NCBI GenBank assembly: GCA_950054195.1
Contig: CATLPG010000010.1
Span: 622 to 64,621 of the forward strand
Direction of reading: 5' to 3'
From: an uncultured Saccharospirillaceae bacterium
Lineage (GTDB): Bacteria; Bacteroidota; Bacteroidia; Flavobacteriales_D; CAJJDF01
DNA length: 64,000 nucleotides
Positions 48,001 to 56,800 of the stretch are shown one piece after another. Positions within the stretch are counted from its first letter, which is position 1; every line of letters starts with the position of its first letter. A program made the translations under genes and the position numbers. The notes below the pieces were generated by a model, which was given only the letters and a program-made list of their open reading frames with translations, did not search any database and was not told the DNA's origin.

Positions 48001-51000
48001 AAACAACCTTTAACCTAGCGAGTGGCGATTACATTGCTACATGCATAAACTATCAGGATGTGGCTGTTACTTCTACTGTTCTAAACACCTTATTTAGTTC
48101 TGATTTTGGAAACAATAGTGGTATAACGTTCAACCCTGCTCCTTCATCTACTCCAAGCTTCACATTAGCATCCTTTCAAGTTTGTTTAGGTGATACTATA
48201 AAACCCGTGAACACCTCAACTGCTTTTAATGGAATATTTAACGACCTCTCTTTTTCATGGGATTTTAGCGATGGAACCATTAGCAACGATACTAACCCAT
48301 CTCATTTATATTTGAATGAAGGGAAATACTACATTGAGTTATCATCAACATTTACAAACGGCTGTACAAATACCCATACAGATTCAGTAAATGTAAACGA
48401 CCCTTCCCTACGATTATTTGCTTCGGATGGTGACACAACTATTTGTGAAAGCGAAGAAGTAATCTTTACAACTAGTGTAAGTGGAGATACTTATCAGTTT
48501 TTTATTAATGGCAATGCTGCAACAGCAATGATCCCCTCTACTTCTTATTCAACAGATTCTTTGAATAACGGAGATAGTATTTATGCTACCACGCTATTAA
48601 ATGGTTGTCCGGCTACTAGTTTAGATACCTTAGTTTGGATAGTTAATCCAAACCCAGTACTTACAGTTTCTTCTTCTATTCCGAATGATACCTTGTGTGA
48701 TGGCGATACCGTTTCAATAACTGCAACAGGAGCTACAAACTATCAATATTTTTTGAATAATATTCCCTTGGGGTTACCATCTAGTGATTCACTTTTTAAA
48801 TCGGGCGATATTAATTCAAATGACTCTTTATTTTTAATAGGCTCTTTTAGTTCTGGTTGTTCTGTGAATAGTGATACTATTGCTTTTCATGTTAACCCTA
48901 AACCCTTTATTACCCTTACGAATACTGGAGCCAATGTTATTTGTGATGGAGACTCTTTACTTTTCATAGCCAGTGGTGGAGAAGCTTATCAATACTCGGT
49001 AAATGGTATTCCAACAGCCGGCTTTATAACTTCTGACTCGCTATTACTTACTAATCTTTCTCACACAGATACCGTTAACGTAATTGGAGATTCTTTAGGA
49101 TGTTTAGCAAATGGAAATATTGAATACATTATTGCAGTTAACCCAATTCCTAACACATCAATCACACCTTCTATTCCTTCAAGTACAATATGTAGTGGTA
49201 ATAATTTAACTTACACCTTTTCTGGAGCTACCACTTATGAAGTTTTTATCAATGATGTTTCTCAAGGTCCTGCTTCTGGGACAACAACGTATAGCTCTTC
49301 AAGTTTTGCTAATGGTGATCGAATAAAAGTACTCGGTAGTACCTTTGGATGTGATAGCTTATCATTGGAGGACACAATTACCGTACTTCCACTCCCTACA
49401 CCAAGTTTAACATGTAGTGATGCTGATACAATCATTTGCTTAAATGATTCAGTTACTCTTATAGCTAGTGGTGCTGATCAATACCAATTTTTTATTGACG
49501 GAATTCCTGCAACAACGATAGATTCATCAAACACATATACAACAGACTCTTTAACCAATAATGATGTTGTTACTGTAATAGGTTATGTAAATGGCTGTGG
49601 TCAATTAAGTACTGATCAATTTAACTTTTCAGTAAAGCCTTTACCTTTGGTGAATATATCAAGTAATAACGATACTATTTGTCAAGGAGAAAGTGTTTTA
49701 TTTACTGCCATTGGAGCAACTTCTTATGAGTTTTTAGTGAATGGTGTATCTCAAGCTACACCATCTGCATCTAATACTTATAATACTGATTCTTTACAAG
49801 GTCTTTCTGATACCATCACAACTATCGGTTACTTAAATAGTTGCTCAAGCCTCTCGAATAACAAAGCAATCGTTGTTGTTAACCCTAGTCCTAGTGTTTT
49901 GTTTACAATCAATCAAGACTCTATTTGTGATGGAGATACAATAATTGGAACTGGAGCTGGAGCTTTAGATTATCAGTTTTTACTTGATGGAACACCTCTT
50001 AATACCTTCAGTAATAACAACACATTTTCTTTCGCAAATCTAGTTGATGGACAAACCTTATCGATAAAAGGAAAAACAAATGGATGCACAAGCAATGGTG
50101 ATACTGCTTATAACATAGGAGTTAATCCTATTCCTTCAGTTAGTTTAACAACTTCAGATATAGATCAAATAATTTGTGAAGGGGATTCCGTTTCATTTAA
50201 TGCGTCTGGTGCAATAAATTATACTTTTTTCATCAATGACTCAATACTTGCTACAGCTAATACTACTGGAATCTATTCCACAGATTCTTTGGTAAACAAT
50301 CAAGAAGTTCATGTAATTGGAGAAAACAGTGGATGTTCTGCTAAAAGTTCTCAATCTTATACTTTTACAGTAAATACCGCTCCAACTGTAACGATCTCCA
50401 CTACCGATGCAGATACGACCATATGTGAAAGTGAGTCTATCACATTTATTGGAAGTGGAGCTAGTTTATATAAATTCTATGTAAACAATTCTCTCTTTAC
50501 AAGCACTATAAATCCCATTTTATCAATATCCACACTTAATGATGGAGATACATTATCACTAATTGGCAATAGTGCAGCTGGGTGTATAGATACTGCTAAT
50601 ACAATACTTGTAGTAAAAGTTGATTCATTACCAAATACACAACTTTTCGCATCAGCAACTAATTCGACTTGTTTTGGAGATACACTTACATTTAATGCTT
50701 CTGGCGCTACCAATTATGAATTTTTCATTAATGGGTTTTCACAAGGGGCATCCTCGTCTAATCCAACATATGTAACAGATTCATTATCTACAGGAGATAT
50801 TGTAACTGTAATTGGTGAACAAAACGGTTGTTACCAAACAGCAGATTCTTCTTACGCATACCAAGTTTATAATTATCCTAACGTTTTACTCTCTATGCTA
50901 AACGCTAACATACCATGTACGGGAGATACAATTAATTATAAAGCTACCGGAGGAATAACCTATGAATTTTTTATCGATAATATTTCTCAAGGAACTCCTT

Positions 51001-53342
51001 CTACAAACAACGTATTCTCAAGTGCCACATTAACTGCTGGTGAAGAAATCTATGCTATTGGTTACAACAATGGCTGTGGATCAAAAAGCGACTCTATCTA
51101 CACCGTTCAAATTAATAGCTACCCTTCATTATCAGTAACAACTGTACCTGCCGGACCAAGTATCTGTTATGAGGATACACTTGTAATAAATACTCAAGGA
51201 GCTAACTCCTATCAATACTTCATCAATCAAGTATCGCAAAACATAACTGATTCTATTTTTAAAATCAACCAGTTAAATACTGGAGATACAATTAAAGTCA
51301 TTGGTTATAATGGTGTTTGCCCCTCAGCACCAACAAAGCTTAGCTATTCTGTTACAAAATTAAATTTAGCTATTAATTCACCAGATAATTTTATGTCGTG
51401 TGATAATTCTCCCGTAACCCTAACAGCTAATGGAGCTTCTCAATATCAATTTTCCGTTAACGGTTCTGCTCAAGGAGGATTTAGCACAAATAATAGCTTA
51501 AGCAATACATTTAATTCGGGCGATTACATTTCCGTTATTGGTCAAGGCATGGGATGTAGTCAAACCTCAAGTCCTTATTACATAAGCAGCATAAACAGTC
51601 CATCAATTGATCCACCCGGACCAATAAAAATATGTAATGGACAAGATATCCTATTAACTACAGATAACCTATTTGGAAACAAATGGTTTAAAGATGGTGT
51701 TGAAATTCCTAATGCTTATGACTCTAATTATTTGGTAAGCGAAACAGGTAGTTATTCTATTCAAAAAATACAAGGAGGCAATGGAGAGGTATGGTCTGTT
51801 GGTAATGGTGTTAATGGAGAACTTGCTAATGGAACATATACTAACTCCGTACTACCTTTGATAGCTCACTCAATTAATCAAGGAGTCGCCATTGATGGAG
51901 GAGAAAAATATGTTCTCTTTTTAAAATCTGACGGTTCGGTTTGGGCATGGGGTGATAATACTTTTGGTCAATTAGGCGATGGCTCATTTACTCCTAGAAA
52001 TACAGCTGAGCAAATCGTTGGACTTAGTAATGTGAATAAAGTTTCTGCTGGAGATAATTTTAGTATCGCACTTAGTAATGGAACAATTTGGACTTGGGGA
52101 GATAATACTAAAGGACAACTAGGGTTAGGAAACAATGGAAATGTAAGTATTCCAGTGTCCAATAATAATATAACCAATGTAATGGACGTATCCGCTGGAG
52201 GGGAATTCACAATAGCTTTAGATAATAACGGGGATGTATGGACATGGGGAGATAACCAATTCGGACAATTAGGTGATGGGTTCTTTACTAATAGAAACTT
52301 TCCATCAACGATAGGCTTGAGTAATGTTGTTTCTGTTTCAGCAGGAAAAACACACGCACTAGCCCTTGATATAAATGGAAATGTTTGGGTTTGGGGAGAT
52401 AACTCCTTAGGTCAATTAGGAATTGATAACATAGGGTTTATTCAACAACCAATTAAATTAAACTCTCTAAGCAATATTGTTAGTATTTCTGCAGGTACTA
52501 CACATTCTTTAGTGCTAAACACAAACAATGAGATTTTTACGTTTGGAGATAATACTTTTGGGCAATTAGGAGATGGGACAAACACACAATCCAATATCCC
52601 TAAAAAAATAAATGGTAATTACACCTCTATTTTAGCTGGGTACTATGCTAGTTTTGCCATTGGTTCAGATGCAAGCCTGTGGAGTTGGGGTAAAAACCAA
52701 TACGGTCAATTAGGCAATGAAGGTACTTCTAACCAAAATATACCACAACTTATTTCAAACTTTAAAGGTGCTTCACTTGTAGCTTCAAGTATTGAATCTA
52801 CTTCTGTGCTTATGACGAATGCTTTTAGTTGTGGGTCAACTACAGTTGATATTATTATTGATTCAGTTCCTGATGTTTTTATAACACTTACTAATGACAC
52901 CGTATTATCGACTACAGCTGTGGGAACTAGCTATCAATGGTATTTGAACGGAAATCTTATTCCTAATGCAAATACAAATTCTTGGATTGCTACAACTCAT
53001 GGCACATACACTGTTAAAGTTACCTTTGCTAATGGTTGTGAAGAAGAATCTAATGCCCTCATAATTTTACCCGTAGGAATTGAGGAAGAGGTTAATAATC
53101 TCTCGTTTTCTATCTATCCAAACCCAACTTCAGAGTATATTGAGATTAAAGCAAATAATAAAAATGATAGAATAAGCAACCTAACTTATTACGTTTACGA
53201 TATTAATGGAAAAGAGCTTATTACAACTTCAAATAACTTAATTTCGCTACACACTATCGAAAACGGAAGTTATATTTTACAAGTAAAATGGAATAATTCA
53301 TTAATACATACACAGCGAATTATTAAACTGGCTAAATTTTAA
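45066..53342 (+). CDS. giant secreted multi-domain protein: 3 x ~335-aa modules, PKD, 13 Ig-like repeats, 7-blade RCC1 propeller, T9SS type A CTD
   Basis: 2758-aa uninterrupted ORF with a signal peptide. 'FSWDFSDGT...NPSHLY' is a PKD domain (~48155..48395). The C-terminal 'FSIYPNPTSEYIEIKAN...NGSYILQVKW...RIIKL' (53094..53339) is a T9SS type A CTD. Confidence 0.9.
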   Translation: MNKLIYTLAVFFICITSYGADYYWVNGSGTWTDAAGHWATTSGGTTMHLAPPTISDDVYLDSNSFLTTGQTVTINTKAYCKNFFAANAINNATLTSGVDSLIIYGSFILNNNINLSISQPLLFKSSGGSDTIHTLGKTINSDIIIEGASIFVLTSNLNLSGNLVFKQGTIEVNNFDLTCHNFNGNFIIPKTLTLTTGNINLTGDGNAWNITNTSFTLNQGTSTLNFNYTGANSVIFSPAGFTYNNIVFNSSNNVFSSGGTYNSLTFSAGSKTTFPALEIQVIGSINANGTCGEHIIFNSSSTTPAIWIGTGTHVLNYLSISNIQASGTAFNANNSFDDGNNTGITFTDIADNSDFYWIGGNGDWHDPAHWSNSSGGASNGCIPGPNNNVFFDGNSGFTVGGVTLNRNAYCNSMDWTGVSGTPQLTIGNAKTLKLKGSFLLAANVSPNIDGTVEFYSGNYASVNTFNKQLNGTLIFKKTNTASIISDILTASIRHESDSLVFNGNNITINSYVSNTSTNRVLSIANSNIKLLGSDTVWQISPSNFTYIDSFSTISIESDTNLVASFYGGNQTYESLIINHINAEILDTNTFNYLEIKKGKTLAIESDVTQTVDSLVAVGSCDSIITLQSTSNLFTPARIQKLGYDTLFVDYCNIINIDAVITGNEAYYTRNTNLQNSTVNWYDSIPTTSNTYYWVGNGGDWSDVNHWSLLPGGPSAGCLPTAKDTIIFDLLSITTTGQVVILDVDASCAKIDFTLLANPLIIDFRRDLNVSFEANLHPNLTCTRNNSFSAIYFVTDSTNGIFNPADASLDLGFIFIGATLTDTLTLTSNLDLGNFGVFIISKGTFISEAAELIANSFNLFTDNPKNIFLNSTFLSLYSGVDARFLTNTTFDAGTSNIFIEGSLGNDYFYGNGFNYHNLEINHVASTTFLSGSNTFNKLNISAGIELQVENGSAQTINDSLLLEGTCYDSISIFSDNAGVQTTFNLASGDYIATCINYQDVAVTSTVLNTLFSSDFGNNSGITFNPAPSSTPSFTLASFQVCLGDTIKPVNTSTAFNGIFNDLSFSWDFSDGTISNDTNPSHLYLNEGKYYIELSSTFTNGCTNTHTDSVNVNDPSLRLFASDGDTTICESEEVIFTTSVSGDTYQFFINGNAATAMIPSTSYSTDSLNNGDSIYATTLLNGCPATSLDTLVWIVNPNPVLTVSSSIPNDTLCDGDTVSITATGATNYQYFLNNIPLGLPSSDSLFKSGDINSNDSLFLIGSFSSGCSVNSDTIAFHVNPKPFITLTNTGANVICDGDSLLFIASGGEAYQYSVNGIPTAGFITSDSLLLTNLSHTDTVNVIGDSLGCLANGNIEYIIAVNPIPNTSITPSIPSSTICSGNNLTYTFSGATTYEVFINDVSQGPASGTTTYSSSSFANGDRIKVLGSTFGCDSLSLEDTITVLPLPTPSLTCSDADTIICLNDSVTLIASGADQYQFFIDGIPATTIDSSNTYTTDSLTNNDVVTVIGYVNGCGQLSTDQFNFSVKPLPLVNISSNNDTICQGESVLFTAIGATSYEFLVNGVSQATPSASNTYNTDSLQGLSDTITTIGYLNSCSSLSNNKAIVVVNPSPSVLFTINQDSICDGDTIIGTGAGALDYQFLLDGTPLNTFSNNNTFSFANLVDGQTLSIKGKTNGCTSNGDTAYNIGVNPIPSVSLTTSDIDQIICEGDSVSFNASGAINYTFFINDSILATANTTGIYSTDSLVNNQEVHVIGENSGCSAKSSQSYTFTVNTAPTVTISTTDADTTICESESITFIGSGASLYKFYVNNSLFTSTINPILSISTLNDGDTLSLIGNSAAGCIDTANTILVVKVDSLPNTQLFASATNSTCFGDTLTFNASGATNYEFFINGFSQGASSSNPTYVTDSLSTGDIVTVIGEQNGCYQTADSSYAYQVYNYPNVLLSMLNANIPCTGDTINYKATGGITYEFFIDNISQGTPSTNNVFSSATLTAGEEIYAIGYNNGCGSKSDSIYTVQINSYPSLSVTTVPAGPSICYEDTLVINTQGANSYQYFINQVSQNITDSIFKINQLNTGDTIKVIGYNGVCPSAPTKLSYSVTKLNLAINSPDNFMSCDNSPVTLTANGASQYQFSVNGSAQGGFSTNNSLSNTFNSGDYISVIGQGMGCSQTSSPYYISSINSPSIDPPGPIKICNGQDILLTTDNLFGNKWFKDGVEIPNAYDSNYLVSETGSYSIQKIQGGNGEVWSVGNGVNGELANGTYTNSVLPLIAHSINQGVAIDGGEKYVLFLKSDGSVWAWGDNTFGQLGDGSFTPRNTAEQIVGLSNVNKVSAGDNFSIALSNGTIWTWGDNTKGQLGLGNNGNVSIPVSNNNITNVMDVSAGGEFTIALDNNGDVWTWGDNQFGQLGDGFFTNRNFPSTIGLSNVVSVSAGKTHALALDINGNVWVWGDNSLGQLGIDNIGFIQQPIKLNSLSNIVSISAGTTHSLVLNTNNEIFTFGDNTFGQLGDGTNTQSNIPKKINGNYTSILAGYYASFAIGSDASLWSWGKNQYGQLGNEGTSNQNIPQLISNFKGASLVASSIESTSVLMTNAFSCGSTTVDIIIDSVPDVFITLTNDTVLSTTAVGTSYQWYLNGNLIPNANTNSWIATTHGTYTVKVTFANGCEEESNALIILPVGIEEEVNNLSFSIYPNPTSEYIEIKANNKNDRISNLTYYVYDINGKELITTSNNLISLHTIENGSYILQVKWNNSLIHTQRIIKLAKF
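45123..48132 (+). repeat. three tandem ~335-aa protein modules (coding repeat)
   Basis: Each module opens with a Trp-rich cap: 'YYWVNGSGTWTDAAGHWATTSGG' (aa 22), 'FYWIGGNGDWHDPAHWSNSSGG' (aa 355), 'YYWVGNGGDWSDVNHWSLLPGG' (aa 691). Each closes with 'G(T/S)C...I..(F/L).S ... D.GNN(T/S)GITF'-like ends. Confidence 0.7.
48400..51600 (+). repeat. 13 tandem ~77-aa Ig-like repeats (coding repeat)
   Basis: The recurring pattern is 'xICxGDSVxFxASGAxxYxFFxNGxxxxxxSxxxxYxTxSLxNGDxVxVIGxxxGCxxxS....xVNPxP', with two conserved Cys per unit. I counted 13 units by eye. Confidence 0.75.
51775..52810 (+). repeat. seven RCC1 (beta-propeller blade) repeats
   Basis: Seven copies of the 'W.WG.N..GQLG.G' signature: VWSVGNGVNGELANG, VWAWGDNTFGQLGDG, IWTWGDNTKGQLGLG, VWTWGDNQFGQLGDG, VWVWGDNSLGQLGID, IFTFGDNTFGQLGDG, LWSWGKNQYGQLGNE. 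Confidence 0.8.
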
Positions 53343-53344
53343 CT

Positions 53345-53833
53345 ATGAATTTTTATATAAAAACATCATTTCTCATTATTACTTTATTATATGGGGTATG
53401 TTATGCTCAGGAAAGGGTAACTTTTGAAAAACATAACGTATCTATTGAGCAACCAGAAAGTTTTGAGAAAGTTGATTTTTTTGAAGGATTATATAGTAAA
53501 TCCACTGGAGCTTCAATACAAATTGAAACAGTTGATGGTGTTACTTATCCATTCTTAGCTAAAGGCTTTACAGAAGATAATTTAATTCCACAAGGAGTTA
53601 CATTGAAGAAAAAAGAAGAGATTCAAATGCAATCTGGTGATAAAGGCCTACTCATATTTATGGAGTTTAATGTCACTCAAAATGGAGAGACTAGAGTTTT
53701 TAAACGAATTACACTGCTTACTGGTAACTTAAGCAAAACACTAATGATAAATACTAATTTTTCTCCCGAGGTTGAAACATTGGTATATCCTGCTATTTAT
53801 AAAGCTTTACTAAGCGCTAAACTTGAAGAATAA
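53345..53833 (+). CDS. hypothetical small secreted protein (adhesin-cluster accessory candidate)
   Basis: 162 aa with a signal peptide. Starts 2 nt after the giant gene's stop and is overlapped by 11 nt by the next gene. Confidence 0.5.
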   Translation: MNFYIKTSFLIITLLYGVCYAQERVTFEKHNVSIEQPESFEKVDFFEGLYSKSTGASIQIETVDGVTYPFLAKGFTEDNLIPQGVTLKKKEEIQMQSGDKGLLIFMEFNVTQNGETRVFKRITLLTGNLSKTLMINTNFSPEVETLVYPAIYKALLSAKLEE

Positions 53834-56800
53834 ACACTTTTACATATTACTTGTTTTTATTGCTTTTGGTAGCGTTTTATCGCTTAAAGCTCAAACCTAC
53901 ACGCAAACAGACTATGCCCCATTTTCAAATGATAGCATGAACATGTGGGGAAGTGGTGGTGCTCTTAACCTAAATCGGGATATTGAGTTGTTTCGTTTAA
54001 ACCCTGGTCCACAAACTACTTCCGTTGGAAATATTACTTCTGTTGCTGGATCACAGTTTGGAGCCCTATTAAATGCATCATTGTATATTGATATTGGATC
54101 TAATTTTAGAATTTCTGGTTTTGAAGGTGGGTCAGTTGATGTTGACTATCCAGTTGATGTTAGTATGACTATGCCTACTGATTCAAGCTTTGAAAGAGGA
54201 GAATGGATTACTATTGAATCTGATTACAGTCTCAGAAACGCTGGTTTTATTAATTCTAGTTTTCCTAGTGGTGGAAGTACAGAACTTGTTATGAGATTTG
54301 GTTTTGCAACAAATGTTAATTCAAAAGTTTGTGTGTTTGGTTGCACAGATATTCCTTTGCTTCCTCCAAATTCAACGACAGCTCTTTTAGGTCAGTGGCC
54401 ATCCATAGAAATTCCAATTTTTGGATTATACCACGATAAAGCTACTAATACTGTTTCTACAGTTTACCCTTGTTTGGATCCGCATCCAATTCCCAACATA
54501 TGTAACTCAAATGTAACACCAATCCCTTTGGATATTCCTGATTTAGGTTTAAGTGGCTATGTTGACTTACCTCAAACAAATACCAACTCTTCCGTTAATG
54601 GAAAATGCATTAGCGCTTATGGAAGAGATGAATACATCCGTTTGGATATTGATATTTTAAAATATTTAGCTAAAATAGCTGGAGCAATACCTGGAGGTCA
54701 ACCTTTAGCTGTATTAATGGATAATTTAAGTAACAGTTACAGCTTACCTGGAGGGGCTAGTGTGAGCTACAATATATTTTCTGCTGATTTCACAATTAAA
54801 AACTACAACAACCAACGATTTACCTATTGTCCCAATGTAAATACAACTCTTAATTTTCCAACAAGTGTAAAATACCGAATCAAAAATCCATCAGGAACAA
54901 TACTATCTACAGGCTTTGACCAAACGGTAACTTTCCATACTGGAAATGACATTGATATACAATATCCTTGTAGTTATGAATTTGTAGAAGTAACCCCTGA
55001 GTATAAAATTGATGAAACAGAAAACTCATTCAGAAATGAAACCTATGACAGTCTTGATTTTTCATTCAATATGGCTGCTCTTTCATTTAATATCACAATA
55101 CCAAAAATAACAGTTACCCCTGAGCTACATTTCCCCGAAGTTTGTATTCCCTATATATACCCTTGTGGAAATTGGAAAAAACCATGGAGAATGTGTACTG
55201 GTCAATCATGTACACCTGCATTTACCGTCCCTGCGGTATATTTTGGACCATACTCAATTGGTTTTGGCCCTTTATGGACGGCTAGCATCCCCGTTGGAAA
55301 CATTAAAATTCCTTGGTTTGATCGTTCTTGGCCCTTAAAAGATATGGGCGATTTTACTGGATCAACTATCCGATTAGTTCCTAGAAAATATGAAGTATTG
55401 CTTGCTCGTACAGATATTTTATGTAAAGGGGATTCTACAGGCAATTTTACTGCTACTATCAAAAATGGAACTCCTCCCTTTTTATATGAATGGAGTAACA
55501 ATAACTCCTATACCTCATCTTCCCGTACAGAAACAATTAGTGGTTTAGCGGCAGGTATTCATCATGTTAAAATAACAGATGCTAACGGGTGTTCTTTGTT
55601 TGGTAGCATTACATTAACAGAACCAGAGAAAAAACTACATGTAATTGACATCCAAAAAGAGAACGTTTCATGTTATGCATTTAGTGATGCAAAGGCATTT
55701 GTTAACATTCAGGGAGGAACAACCCCATACAATTATTTATGGTCTAACGGAAGTATAAACGATACATTATTAAATGTTAGTATTGGAAATTATACATTAC
55801 AAATTACTGATAGTAATAATTGTATACTGGATACATCTATAACAATAACTCAGCCAGATTCGATTACAATAACAAGTATAAAAACTGATGTTTTATGTTA
55901 TAGTGACTCCACAGGAACTGGTCAAATTCAAGTATCTGGCGGAACATTTCCTTATCAATACAATTGGAGTACAAGTGATAGCTCAAGTTTCTCTAATAAA
56001 TTACCTAATGGAACACATATGATTAATGTAACAGATCATCAAGGTTGTAGTAAAACACACAACATAACCATTAATCAACCAGTAGCTCCTCTATCAATTG
56101 CCAATGTAAGCATTCAAAATATCAACTGTTTTGGTGAGTCTACAGGAGAAATACAAGTAACTCCAACAGGAGGAACTTATCCATATACATACACTTGGTA
56201 TAACACAAATAATATTCAACTTGCTTCTAAAACTACAGTCATCAATAATCAACCTAAAGGATTATACACTGTTATTATTTCAGATACAAATGGGTGTGAA
56301 GTAGATTCAACCATTGAATTAATAGAGCCCATCGCTCCATTATCCATCGAATTAACTGCTGATTCTGTTACGTGCTTTGATGCTAGTAATGGTGCAATTG
56401 ATTTGAGTGTATCTGGTGGAACTGCTCCATACTCTTTTAATTGGAGCAATGGCAGTACAACTGAAGATTTAACTAATATTCCCTCTGGGAATTATAGTAT
56501 AACAGTAACTGATGCATTAGGTTGTACATTCATAGATTCAATTGATGTACTCCAGCCTACGGATTCCCTTAAAATTACTCTAACTAAACAACATCATGTT
56601 CTTTGTTTTGGTGATTCAACAGGAAACCTAGAAGTAATTGCTGAAGGAGGAACAACTCCTTATATATACAACTGGAATAATGGAGTTAATCAGCCCATAA
56701 ACCCCAAGATTAAAGCAGGCAATTATATTGTCACTGTCACTGATTTTTATGGATGTTCTTTATCAAACAACTACGTAATATCTCAACCTAACACCCCCTT

